64,000 bases of DNA, taken from assembly GCF_902713615.1 (NCBI RefSeq), contig NC_052149.1, forward strand, positions 239,108,823-239,172,822, read 5' to 3'. Positions 1 through 12,417 of the stretch are shown here, piece after piece. The notes beneath the pieces were generated by a model. It was not told the origin of the DNA and ran no database searches. It saw only the letters and a program-made list of their open reading frames with translations. Source of the stretch: Scyliorhinus canicula. Lineage: Eukaryota. Position numbers and translations under genes: made by a program. Within the stretch, counting starts at the first letter, position 1. The number at the start of each line of letters is the position of its first letter.

Positions 1-1408
1 AACACTAAGGGCTATTTTGGACACTAAGGGCAATTTATCATGGCCAATCCACCTAACCTTTTGTTGGATTTGAAACCAGCCATCACGCATACAAACAGTA
101 TTCTCCAGCTTGAATCTAACGATAGGTTTTAACCTTCAAGGCACAGGAACAATAAATTAAACACACTTAAAACTATAGTTTATTTCTAATGTTTAGCAAT
201 AAAATATTAATCCCTTGAATCGACTTTTCTTTTCCTAACAGCATGAAATCCTTTGGTTCCTGCGTCACACTGATTATCATCCAACCTTTCCTCAATTTTT
301 GACCAATTCACTCTGCAAAACACAGCAGGGATTTGGGAGTACATATCAGATATTATGATACAGGATGCCGTTGGATGAGTTCTTGATAAAATGGCCTTGC
401 CTTTGATATTGTTCGCCATTCCCATCTTATTAATCATGGCACCATCCTGTTTTCGATGAAATCCTTCCTTATGTCAGAAGAATTATAATAAAGCCTTGTA
501 TTTAACTCAATGATTGCTTTCATTCTATCATATGGGACTTTCTGGGTGATGATAATCAATAACATTCTTGATTAATTGTTTTGTCAGTTACCAATTAAAT
601 TACATCTGGATATCTTGCATTGCCAATTTCTTCCCCTCAGAATTTATTCGAACAGAAGTTTCAAAGATGAATCCCCAGAGTTATCCTGAGCTGGTTTCAA
701 AGGAGCTAGCAATGCATTGGCCAGGAAATCCTTCCGAGCACATTTCTGGAGGTTGAGCAAGAGAGGTTCGAAGGAAATTTCAGCCATCAAGTCCTTGGAA
801 TCAATGACGATGCAAGATCCAACAGGACACAGCGGACAGGATTCTCCAGTCTCGATTGTGGCAGGACTTGTCGTGAGTGAGAACGGAGAACGGAAAATCC
901 CGGATGTAAGTGAAGATGGAGGATTTCAGCCTATGAGTGAGCATTAAGTCATCCAGACTGTATGTCTGCTAAATCGGCAATTAAGAGGCTGTAAAAGGTG
1001 AGATAATTATAATTTGAACCGTGAACTTGTTTATAGAATGATGTCTAACGGGACAATGTTGTGCTTGCTGGAGATTTGCTGGAGAGAAGATATTTATGAG
1101 GGATTGCAGCCAGCCCGAGCTAAGCAGATGATGGAAGGACATAGTGGGTTCAGGTGATGTAAGCAAGGTTGGTTAATCAGAGTTAGCAGCAGCTATAGAC
1201 AGTAAGTTTTTCCTTGTGTTTAAGAATTGTTTAAGAGATCATTGTAAATTAAAGTTTGTTTCAACATAACAATACTTCTGGGTCAGAGCCATCATTCCCG
1301 GGGTGCAGTATCCTTTTCTCAGTTTTACAAATTAAGAAAAGTGTTTGGGATTCTTGGGCTGGATGCTCTGTTTTTGGGACAATGTCCCCACACCGTCATA
1401 AAAACTGT

Positions 1409-2549
1409 GGGGTGGAATTCACCGCTCCCGATAAAAATCGGGATGGCCGTCGTGAAATCAGCCGAATTTCACTACGGCCTCGGGGCCCGCTCCCCACACC
1501 TAATTCACCCCCACCCGGGGGGCTAGGAGCTGGCCTCCGTCTTTCCCGGACACGACCTCGTTGCGCCGGAAATGACGCGCAAAACGGCGCATTTGTGTAG
1601 TCATCCGCGCATGCGCGGGATGCCGGTTCCAACCCGTTCATGCGCGGATGACTTCATCGCTCAGACGGCGCGAACCGCGCATGCGCGATGCCCGTCTTTC
1701 TCCTCAGCCACCCAGCAAGACGTGGCGGCTTAATCTTGCCGGACGGCGGAGGGGAAGGAGTGCATCCATTTTGGACGCTGGCCCGACGATCGGTGGGCAC
1801 CGATCGCGAGCCTGACCCCTCCCGAGCACAGTCGTTGTGCTCCCGTGCCAATCGGGCCCCTAGATGCCCCAAACGGGCATCTGGCGCCCGTTTCACGAAT
1901 GCAGCGACCAGGTGTGGTTGCTGCCGTGGTGAAACGGGCGTGAAGGACCGGCCGCTCGGCCCATCGGGCTCGGAGAATCGCCGTTCGCCGTAAAAAAGGT
2001 CACATATTCACAGCCCTGCAGGGGGCTAGCAGTGACCCATTGGGCACCTCGCAGCTTTTGCTGCAGATTTGGGCCCCTGCACTTCTGAGTCAGATGCTGC
2101 GCATGAGCATGGCAGCGGCCTCTCGTGGCCGTGACGTGCTCCATGGCGGACTCAGACCGTGGAGCTGCTCCCTCCAAATAGTGCCCCCGATTGGCCGCGT
2201 GACAGATCCGGGCAGCCCACCCAAAATTACCCCGGTCCCGTATAAGGCCCCCTCTGCCCTCCGATCGGCCTGCCCCGACCAGGGCAGTCACGGGCTGAGT
2301 CTGCAGCCGCCTCGCTAGGATCCCAACTGGCAGCACTTCGGCCGGTCGGCGGCAGAGAATGGCGGAGCGGGCGTCCAGCAATGGCAGCAGGTAAGGGATA
2401 CGCGGTGCGGTGTACTCGGAGAGAACACCAATTTTCCGGGCCCGCAGAATCGGGGAACCGGCTCCGGTCCCGGTTCCATATGGGAAACGGGAGTCTCCGC
2501 CCCAGCGCTGGCCACGTATTCAGCGTTGGGGTGCAGAGAATCCAGCCCC
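1409..2549. mobile_element. Composite Harbinger-type MITE(s)
   Basis: GGGGTGGAATTC...GAGAATCCAGCCCC. Internal motifs are shared with 27796-28520. Confidence 0.7.
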
Positions 2550-2605
2550 ATGTCCGGTATTCTATCAAATGTTGGGGGTTAATCTGGGATTTTAACACTC
2601 TCTGT

Positions 2606-2786
2606 GGGATTATTCAGTCCAACAGCCGTGTTTTCCTGTGTGCCTTCACCAACAGCGGGATCCTCCATACTTACAGCCGGCCAATGGGGTTTCCCATTGT
2701 GGCCGCCCCAACGCCGTCAGAATACCTGCGGGCGTGGGTGTGCTGCAGGCGGGCGGAGAATCCCGCTGACGGAGAATTCCGCCCCA
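2606..2786. mobile_element. Short Harbinger-type MITE
   Basis: Ends in GGAGAATTCCGCCCC. Confidence 0.6.
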
Positions 2787-2857
2787 TATCCTGAAAAATA
2801 AAATAAAATCATTGTATTCAGTATTGATAATTTAACTTGAACCGGAATCCCTCACTA

Positions 2858-3170
2858 TACATAGATACATAGAAGATAGGAGGAGGAAGAGGCCTTTTGG
2901 CCCTTCGAGCCTGCTCCGCCATTCATCACCATCATGGCTGATCATTCACCTGAAGAGCCTCATCCTGCTTTCTCCCTTAGCCTTTATCCCATTCTCCCCA
3001 AGTGCTATATCCAGCCGCCTCTTGAATATATTCAATGTTTTAGCATCAACTACTTCCTGTGGTAATGAATTCCAGGCTCACCATTCTTTGTGTGAAGAAA
3101 TGTTTCCTTATATGTGTCCCCTGGTTCTGGACACACCCATCATTGGGAACATCTTTCCCGCATCTACCCT
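2858..3170 (-). mobile_element. CR1 3' end
   Basis: catagatacatagaag tail and gagcctgctccgccattca 3' UTR. Confidence 0.75.
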
Positions 3171-3372
3171 TCTGGAGGATTGGCTCCCAGATTTTCATCC
3201 CCCTTTGTGTGAGGGATTAGTTCCTGCCTTCTGTCCTGAAAGGCTGAGCTCTAACTTCAAGGATATCCCTGATTGGGAAAAATAGGAATTTGTTTCACTC
3301 TCTGCGCTCCATCGAGTAATTTGATCATCTTTAGCACCTGACTGATCTCTTCAATCTTCCGATCTCAAAGAA

Positions 3373-3723
3373 GGGGCAGCACGGTAGCATGGTGGTTAGC
3401 ATAAATGCTTCACAGCTCCAGGGTCCCAGGTTCGATTCCCGGCTGGGTCACTGTCTGTGTGGAGTCTGCACGTCCCTCCCCGTGTGTGCGTGGGTTTCCT
3501 CCGGGTGCTCCGGTTTCCTCCCACAGTCCAAAGATGTTCGGGTTAGGTGGATTGGCCATGCTAAATTGCCCGTAGTGTCCTAAAAAGTAAGGTTAAGGGG
3601 GGGGTTGTTGGGTTACGGGTATAGGGTGGATACGTGGGTTTGAGTAGGGTGATCATTGCTCGGCACAACATCGAGGGCCGAAGGGCCTGTTCTGTGCTGT
3701 ACTGTTCTATGTTCTATGTTCTA
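3373..3723 (+). mobile_element. HE1-type SINE (tRNA head, V-domain, CR1-type tail)
   Basis: gggcagcacggtagc A-box, ggttcgattcc B-box, gggtttcctccgggtgctccggtttcctcccacagtccaaag core, (ttctatg)n tail. Confidence 0.95.
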
Positions 3724-4151
3724 AGTACAAGACTTGCCTGTTCTCATCACTTAACCCTTTTCAGCCCAAATACCATTCCAGGCACTACTGTGCTCACTGA
3801 CCTGCCCTGGCTCCTGGTTAAGCATTGCTTGTTTTCAATTCCCTCCATGGCCTTGCCCCTCACTACCTCTGTGTCCTCCTTCACCCTCCAACCCTCCAAA
3901 GTATCTGTCCTCACCTGAATAGTCATTTGGTCGGACAGAACCTGGATTACTGAGAGACGTGTCAAAACTTTCTGTCTTGCACTCATGAGCATAATTTGCA
4001 AGAATGTGGGAAAAACAGCAATTAATACCGTACAAGAAGAGAGCGCTGATTTACTGGCAAGTGGACTCCGTGGAGAATACACCAGTTGATGGTGAATGAA
4101 GGTTAACTGCCAAGCATTTGAAATTTAAGCCAGGCAGCTTGATCCTGATTA

Positions 4152-4489
4152 GTGGCAGTGCTGTAGCACAGTTACTTCACAGCTCCAGGGACCCAGGTTC
4201 AATTCACGGCTTGGGTCACTGTCTGTGCGGAGTCTGCACGATCTCCCCGTGTCTGCGTGGGTCTCCTCCGGGTGCTCCGGTTTCCTCCCACAGTCCAAAG
4301 ATGTGCAGGATAGATGGATTGGCCATGATATATTGACCTCAGTGTCCAAAAACAGGTTAGCTGTGGCTACTGGGTTACGGGGATAGGGTGGAAGTGTGGT
4401 CTTAAGTGGGGTGCTCTTTCCAAGGGCCAGTGCAGACTCGATGGGCCGAATGGCCTCCTTCTGCACTGTAAATTCTATGATCTATGATT
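4152..4489 (+). mobile_element. HE1-type SINE
   Basis: Same core, with tail cactgtaaattctatga. Confidence 0.95.
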
Positions 4490-4671
4490 GGTCAAGGTAT
4501 GCCCTGAAGAATGAGTGAACAAATGGCTTTCACTCATTTTGTTTAGCTGAAACAGGAGCAATGTATACACAAAAACAAATTACTGCAGACGCTGGATAGT
4601 GAAACAAAAACAGAAACTACTGGTCAATCTCAGCAGGTCTGACAGCAGCTTTGGAGAGAGAAGGGAGCTAA

Positions 4672-5181
4672 GGGCCGGGATTCTTCAAAATGGCGGCTAA
4701 GTGTTGACGCCAGTGTAAACACCGGAGTGTTTATCACCGGCATCAACGGACCTCTTGGCCCAGAGATTCCGTGGCCCACAGGGGGTCAGCACGCCGCCGC
4801 CGGCACGAATCTTTTTGGCCACCCCCAGATCGCGCGGGCATGGCCGTTGTGGAGGGACCCCCCCCCCCACCAGAGACTGATCCCCCTGCCCCCCACCAGG
4901 ACGGCCACCACAGCCACGACGCTGAGCTCTCGCTGGGTGGAACCATACGTGAACCACGCCGGCGGGAACTCAGTCAGTCGACCGCGGAGAATCACCGCAG
5001 GGGAATCTTTCAACGGCCCTCGACCACCTCCGCGTCGACCCCGCGCGCGCGCGACTGGTGCCGATTCTCTGGTTGCCGGAGGTTTACGTCCCGCCGTCGG
5101 ACCTGATTGTGAGTCTGACGCCCCATTCTCCACCCCCACGCCAAGCACCATTTCGCCGCGGAGGCTGAATGAATCCCAGCC
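4672..5181. mobile_element. Harbinger-type MITE
   Basis: GGGCCGGGATTC...GAATCCCAGCC. Confidence 0.75.
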
Positions 5182-5619
5182 AATGTTTCAAATCTGGCTC
5201 TTTGTCATAACTGGAAAGAACTGGAAATGGGGTCAGATTTCTACTCTTGTTGTGGGGGGGGGGGGGGGTGGGGTGGAGCGGTGAGGCAGGATAGGGAGCC
5301 AGTGATAGGTGGAGATTGACAGGGAAGTCATGGCATAAAGACATACGGAATGTAAATGGGAGTGATTAAGGCTATGAAGATATGAAGAGTGCTGATAAAG
5401 GCACAGAAAGAGATTAGAATGTGTGAATGGCAAAACAAAGTTGAGTGGTGTCTCAAAGTTTAAAATTTAAGGCAGGCAGCTTGACCCTGACTGATCAAGC
5501 ATGCCCTGAGGAATGAGTCACAAAATGGCTGTTACTCACTTTATTTAGCTGAAACAGGTGCAATGTGTGAACACAGATTACTGCCGAGACTGGAATCTGA
5601 AACAAAAGTAAACTTCGAC

Positions 5620-5830
5620 ACGCAGCTCATCTTTGTTCTGCCATTGTGTGCGGCTGACTGGGAGATGCCGGACGGGTCACTCGTGCAGCCCTGAAACCAG
5701 CCGCTGGCGTAGGTGTTCAGAGAGGCAGTGACTTTCAGGGAGACAGGCAATGTTTGATCTCCCAGTCCACGGGGTCACAACTTTTGCATAACCTGGCAGA
5801 AGTGCTCCACCATGCAGTCTCCTCCGGTAC
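5620..5830 (-). pseudogene. PIF/Harbinger transposase fossil (N-terminal HTH region)
   Basis: PVSLKVTASLNTYASGWFQGCTSDPSGISQSAAH matches the HARBI1-type pattern xxxxKVTxALxFYAxGSFQ...GISQS. Confidence 0.8.
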
Positions 5831-8730
5831 TGGACCTCGATGGGGTGGGAGGGGATTCTCGGCTCCCTGCCGACAGTTACGGAGTTCCCGAAGCAGCAGG
5901 GAATCCTGATTCGTGTAAAAGTCAGACGCTGATCCCGTCGTGATGCTCCAGTCCCCCGCTGGAGGCAGCATCAAGGTTCGCGCCCCCGGAGGAGGCTGAG
6001 GAAGGACCTCAGGCGATGATGGCCAGAGCCCGAATGGGGGGCTGGGTTAGGGCTGTCCTGATAGCCTCTTGCCTTGGGAAGGACCAGGACTAGGGTGGCC
6101 AGATATGTCCCCCCCATGGGGTGTGAGACCATCTCACTTGTGCCCTGCCAGCGGGAATCACCGTGTTGATCGCTCCTTTCATGAGCAGGTCATGAAGGCA
6201 TTATGGCCGGATGGTGCAGGAGAATGATGCCGAGTTGCAGTGAGGATAGAGCGATGCTCTATATATCTCCTGTGATTGTCTGTCTCTAACCTCACACAAA
6301 CCTGAGCGTGACCTGCCAGTAAACAGGGTAACCTGTGGGCAATGTGATACTGATTGACACATCTCAGCTGTTTGGTTGGGGGTCTGGGTGTTTGTCACCA
6401 TCTATCAGCATCGTCATAGAGGGAGGGGGAAGCCATTGAGCTGCAATCCTCTCTGAGCAGATGGAGGATGTGCCAGAGTTGTGTGGGGGGTGGGGGGTGG
6501 GCTGAGCATGCTGCATTGAAATGTAGGGAGACACTGTGAGGGTCCTCAACATAACTTTTAGTACATTTAATGATGCTAACACTGCTGGTTAATTTCTACT
6601 GGTGCCTAAATTAACCCGCACCCACCCTGTGACAATCTTTACTTGGCTTTTTTTTTACCCTACACCGGGGTCCCCCGGGGTTTCTGACTTTTCTCGCCAT
6701 ATTGTTTAAGACTTTGTGAAAAAAGTGTGACGGGGCGGGTCCTGCTCCGCCTTGCTGGCGGGCCGCCTCACTGCCGGGAAACTCGGCTTTTAAAAGATCC
6801 AGGCCCCATATATACCCCCCCCCCCGCCCCTGCCATGTAACAACCCTCATCTCCATGGAAACACCCGCACCACGTAACTCCCCTCCCCACCCCCATGGCA
6901 GCCTCGCCACCACGTAACTCACCCCACACCCATCTCCATGGAAACCGCCCAACCACAGAACACCGAGCACACACCCAGCATCTCCCCCATGTAATTCACC
7001 TGGCACTGCCCCAATGACTACTCTGGCACTGCCCAGATACTGCCCAGTGCCAGGGGGCAGTGCTAGGCTTCTACCTGTGCATGACTCTTGACCCTCTCCC
7101 CTCTCAGGGTTGTCCACACCAATGCGTCTCCAGTGGGTTCTGTCCGCATGGTGCACACCATGGTGAACCTGACGTGAATGCTTATTCAGGAGGATGCGAA
7201 TAGTGATCCCGATTTTAAAAGCTTTCATTGGTGGGAGGCAGGGTCAATTGAGAGGAGAAGTCTTGCTGGTGTAAAAGCTGTTTTGCGTCACCCACTCAAA
7301 TCTCCAGCCTCTCCGCCATTCCCGCCGCTTGAAAACAGGGGCGGGAGATTCCCCATTTGTCCGTGTCAAAGCTCGATTGAGAAAACACAATCACAGCAGT
7401 TCATTGGAGAAGATTGTTTGTCAAGCCACAAAATATTTCCAAGAATTGCAAGACGTTCAGCTTATTTTCACAGCCTCTTTGCAATAAATTTAAACATATC
7501 CTCACATCACTTTTCATGGCGTGATCTCAAATTTTGCATTGTAACAATTTTGTGAATTATGTTCCGGCCAAGTGGTGGAACAAGAACTAAATATTCACTC
7601 GCTAGTTGATGTCATAACGTCATTTGCTAATACTTTTCCAAATGGACAATTGCTGAGCTGACAATGTGGCTCCAGCTGGTCACATGTTGACTGCCAACAG
7701 TTTTAAAGTAACAAAGGCTTCAAACACTTCAAATATCTGCAATGTGACACACCTGGCACAGCAGAAACATTCCGACACAGCCAACACAATTGCCCAGCAG
7801 GCCGTCAGTCTGCGCCAGCCAACTTCAGAGACCTTCGCAGATCCGAATCTCCAATACTGTCACTAATGGTCGTAGCATTAACTGTCCGAACGCAATGATT
7901 CAACAAGAGAGCCTCGTTTAACAACCCCAAACTTGTGTCGCCAAGAACAAATGGAATCCTGACTCCAGTTAAACAGCACAATATTCCAATCATGCTAATA
8001 TGCCTCCCTTGTCCCACATCGAACCGCCCCCATCCTCACCCCTCAAGCTGCTCCGTTATATTATCCACTCTAATTGAAATTGAGCAGTCACTCTATTGAC
8101 CTCCACATGAAGGGAACTCCAGGCAACAGCCTGTGCTGTCTACGGTCAAGCTGGTGGCAGCAGAAGGAACCTTGGTTCTCCTCAAAAATGAAATGAAATG
8201 AAAATGAAAATCGCCTATTGTCACAAGTAGGCTTCAAATGAAGTTACTGTGAAAAGCCCCTGGTCGCCACATTCCGGCGCCTGTTCGGGGAGGCTGGTAC
8301 GGGAAAAAACCTGCCAACTGCTGAAACTTTGGATCTTGTTCCTCCAAGAATCGCTCCATGTACCCTCTCCCGACATGGAAGTCTTGGCCTGGAAAGACAG
8401 ATCACTCGATCACAAGTCAAACTTCACCTCTTGAAGAACATTCCAGTTGAGTCCTGATTTTGGATTCTGGAGAAACATAAAACATGAGCTGGCGTTTTAC
8501 TGTGGTCATACCCTGAACCATCTTCTTTTTTCTTTATACCCTGTTTGTTGTGCGAGTGTAAAGGGGTGGACTTTGCGCAAACCCGGCTTGCATGTGTGTG
8601 TGAGTGCGTGTCAAAATAAACCAACCCTTTTTAATTTCAACTTACCTCGAGTTTGCTGTGCAAGTTGTTCACAGAACATTGCAACACTCCAAATGTGAGA
8701 GTTGGGGAAAACATGCCACCATTTATTAAT

Positions 8731-9035
8731 GGGCAGCACTGTTGCTTCACAGCGCCAGGGTCCCAGGTTCGATTCCCGGCTTGGGTAACTGTGTGGAGTC
8801 TGCACGTTCTCCCCGTGTCTGCGTGGGTTTCCTCCGGGTGCTCCGGTTTCCTCCCACAGTCCAAAGATGTGCAAGTTAGGTGGATTGCCCATGATAAATT
8901 GCCCTAAGTGTCCAAAATGATTGGGTGGGGTTACTGGGTTACGGGGATAGGGTGGAGGGTGCTCTTTCCGAGGGCCGGTGCAGACTCAATAGGCCGAATG
9001 GCCTCCTTCTGCACTGTAAATTCTATGATTCTATT
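8731..9035 (+). mobile_element. HE1-type SINE
   Basis: Same core and tail. Confidence 0.95.
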
Positions 9036-9399
9036 CCATGATTAAGGGAGGGAAATCAGAATTTTTAAAAATGGACAGCAGGAAGTGTGGAAATCAGGGT
9101 AGTTTAAATTGACCTCCTTCCTGACTGTAACAAGTACCTTCAAAGTTTACTGAAGATATAAGTTATTTTTGTTGTATTGCTGAATCTGTGCTGCTTTTCA
9201 TCCAAGACCAATAAATCCATCCTGAGGTTCAGTGAGTTGTAATCAGCGATTTCTACAACTGGAACATAACTATCACCCCTTGATAAAACATTCCATTCAC
9301 TTTTTAAATTATTTTTTGGACCAGTTGACTGGTTTTACTCTGGCCCCTCGTGGTCAGGTTCGATTGCATCCTCATGTTTCTCAAATAAGGATATTTTTA

Positions 9400-9640
9400 T
9401 TCTTTAAAAGTTAACCCATATTTCTGAACCTCTTGTCAGTTCGTCCCTGCAGATCTGTTTTTCATGTTGCCCTCATTCCAACGGCGTCAACAATTTTAAG
9501 GTTGTTTAAGATTTTTCCATTGCAAAGTCAATGTGGTCGATGACATTGTCCACACTTTATTACTGCTTCTCGCACTAGATCAAATAAATCAGGTGACAGT
9601 GTGTATCCTGTCTCACCCTGACTGTTGATCTTAAAACATT
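9400..9640 (-). mobile_element. Ancient RTE-like RT fragment
   Basis: Frameshifted (V)RQ/GYTLSPDLFDLVREAVI resembles the RT motif GVRQGxxLSPxLF. Confidence 0.5.
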
Positions 9641-9779
9641 CTGTTAGTTTGCCCATCCACTCTCACACCTTTCAGGGATTTGTTATCGATATTTTCTGTC
9701 AGTCTGACACGTTTTGCAGGATTATCACACATCCCCAGCTCAAGTCGTGTCTGTCTTTGCCACCCAATGTCAGATGCCA

Positions 9780-9962
9780 GGGGCTGTTTAACAAACTGGG
9801 CTAAATCACTGGCTTTGAAAGCAGACCAAGGCAGGCCAGCAGCACGGTTCAATTCCTGTAACAGCCTCCCCGAACAGGCGCCGGAATGTGGCGACTAGGG
9901 GCTTTTCACAGTAACTTCATTGAAGCCTACTCGTGACAATAAATGATTTTCATTTCATTTCA
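9780..9962 (+). mobile_element. Short (~180 bp) tRNA-derived SINE with (CATTT)n tail; copies at 30848-31025, 36400-36573, 49165-49337, and minus fragments at 8186-8303 and 15171-15237
   Basis: Shared sequence aaagcagaccaaggcaggccagcagcacggttcaattcc...ccgaacaggcgccggaatgtggcgactaggggcttttcacagtaacttcatt. Confidence 0.9.
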
Positions 9963-10729
9963 ATTATAAGAAGTCGTTGTAACGATAGCCGCTACGTTCC
10001 ATAAATTTCTCTGAACTCCGTCTTATTCTGAACCTAGAATTAAGGCCTGGTCTTAAACTAACCTATTCTTTGTGCAGTACCATCTTTTAATTCCCTTGCA
10101 ACCCTCAGAGATAATTGTGAAAGATTCCACAGCACTATTCAAAAAAGAGCAGGGAATTTCTTCTTGGCCAAAATTCCCATTGCAGATTATCTGTTGATTA
10201 TCGCATTGTAACTCATGGGATCCTGTGGTGTACAAATTGGCTGCTGTGTGTTATTTAACTTTACAACAGTGACCCCACTTCCATAGCACTGAATTGGTTG
10301 TAAAATATTCTGGAACATTCTGAGATAATGAAAGGTGCCACATAAATGGGAATCCTTCCTCTCCTTGTGCAAGTCTTTTTAGTAAGTTGCAATTGTCTGT
10401 AATTGTTACATCTGTTCTCAGCTCCTTTATGAAGATTTGTGTTTTCATCGCCATCGCTAAGCCTTTAGATATAATGCAGCGGATTTCACTGGAAGCAGTG
10501 AAGGGGCGGTGTTTATTGCTGACTGTGTTGAGAATTGTGAACATCCCCAGCGCATTAACTGCAGCAAAAATGTCAACTTTTGGCTACAAAACGGCCAACC
10601 GACAAAGGAATCGGTGAGGCTTTGCATGAGTCATGTTCTGAGAGAGGCCATAGCTCCTGATAACCTCACAAGCTGAAATCATGCTCAGTGAGGTCAATAT
10701 TCGCTCAAAGACAGGTAAATCTCTTTATC

Positions 10730-10945
10730 ATGGTTTTAAACACTACAAATGCTGTGAATCACTTCTAACAACTTTTAAAAGCTTTTATAAACATACTGTT
10801 ATAAACTTAAATATTTTAAGTACTTCAATTGTTTTTAAAGTTATTAACTTTTAAATGTCTTTGGACACTTTTATAAACTTTTGAAAGCTGCTATAAACAT
10901 TTAAGAACTTTTATACACTTCTATAAACTTCAGAAACTCTACAAC
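10730..10945. repeat. AT-rich degenerate minisatellite (ataaactt-like units)
   Basis: Recurrent tataaactt and aacttttaaa units. Confidence 0.6.
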
Positions 10946-10979
10946 AATTTCACATCCTCTGGTCCTGCTGCGGAAGGAT

Positions 10980-11260
10980 CACCTCTTGGCACAGCCAGAT
11001 AGTGAAGGACATAGCAAGCTGATTCTGCAGCAAATCTTCTCCGGTGCCTATTGCAGAGAGCCACCTGAGCGATCCAGGCGTCTGAATTACATCCACAGGA
11101 GTTCTGTAGTCTGCTTTACGAGGGAGTGTGTGGAGCTGTGAGCAGCATTGTATGTCTGCTCGGCACATGCCTGGGAGTGACAGACTGGCATCAGCAGCCA
11201 TTGTTTTAAGTGAGGGGCCCTTATTCCCCAGCAACCATCCCTGCAGACGTCCTGGATGCA
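10980..11260 (-). pseudogene. PIF/Harbinger transposase fossil (DDE catalytic region)
   Basis: LQGWLLGNKG / QWLLMPVCHSQACAEQTYNAAHSST...FRRLDRSGGSLQ, with stops and a frameshift. Confidence 0.85.
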
Positions 11261-11843
11261 GTCGTTGTTGTGGTTGACAGTCCCACCCTCTCCCCAAACC
11301 CGTCACCTGCGAGGTGCCAAGCCCTACATTGACCTCTACCCACCCCATCTCGTGTCTGCATCTCCTTCCAGTAAAAAATGCAGTATCGTTTTGACCACTT
11401 TGTGAGCATTTCACGCAGCCCTGTCAGGCTTCAGCATCCCTCCCCTCTGTCTTCCGTTTCTCTTCATCCTCATCCATCTTCTTGCACCTCTGCATGCGGT
11501 CATTCAACCTCGCCATACCCACCCCACCTCCACCCAGCTCCGGGACACCCCCTCGCCCCAATCCCCTCCCCGACAGCCCTTCTTCCACATTGTCTTTGTC
11601 AGCCAGGCACCTCACCCTTGGTTAAACCTTGGTTCGTTGGAGTCCATGGATTCACAGCACAGAGCTGGAGCACATGAACCGGTCAGTGACATTCAGCAAG
11701 AAAGGAACAACACAGCACTGTGGCAGGTTGGCTATGTATGCTGTACTCACTTCAAAGTCTCAAGTGATCTGAGGTCCACTTTGTTCACCCCAGTCTTTTT
11801 TAATGGGTTTGACACCGATATTATTTCCCGCTGGTGTGACACA

Positions 11844-12417
11844 TGTCATGTGACAGTACCTTTAAGAAATGGGTGTTTGTCAAATAGCTGCAGTGATGTC
11901 TGTGTGGGTAGGCTGAGCTGTGACTCTGCTTTTAGTTTTGCTTTGAGCAAAAAGCTGGTGTGTGTCAGTGTGTTTTAGTTTCATTTTCAGAGTGGAGAGC
12001 TGCAGTGAAAGCAAGCAGATGTGTATTTATATCTCGAGAAGGTAAATAATGTTCATTTGGGTGATTTCAAAGCAATACCTCTTTCTGTAGAGAATTTAAA
12101 CCTGCTGTCTTTCTGGTAAAAAGGGTCTTTTGGACTTATGAATGTTGTTAGGAAAATTATGAAGGGTTACTTACAGAATATTTTATCTGTGGGGATTATT
12201 GGTCTTGATAGTTATTAAGATGTTTACTATGTGTTTACAAAGTGTTAACTGGATTCAAAAATAAACAAGGTTTTGTTTTAAAAGTACTTTAGATCTCTGT
12301 TGCAGTACACTTGTAACTTAGGCCCTTGTGCTCCCCATAACCAAACTCTATTAAACATTGTGGGTCAGGTGAACTCCATGATATACTTTGGGGTTCTCTA
12401 AGCCCTAGTCCATAACA
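11844..12417 (+). mobile_element. Solo LTR (Gypsy-like)
   Basis: TGTCATG...CATAACA termini, 4-bp TSD CACA, internal AATAAA and ATTAAA. Confidence 0.8.

Larger units (their letters stand above)
4085..5612 (-). mobile_element. Penelope-like remnant with direct terminal repeats, containing a nested SINE and MITE
   Basis: The block aaatttaag.caggcagcttga.cctga...atgccctga.gaatgagt...tttagctgaaacagg.gcaatg occurs at about 4120-4610 (split by a SINE) and again at about 5462-5610. Confidence 0.6.

Noticed and set aside
3373-3450. tRNA genes suggested by A and B boxes
   Set aside because: They are SINE heads that continue into SINE bodies.
8429-8467. Possible fourth minus-strand exon (acceptor atgttttatgtttctccAG; IQNQDSTGMFFK)
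   Set aside because: The donor is weak (GTGAAG), all frames are open over only 39 bp, and the neighbouring sequence looks like an old LINE remnant.
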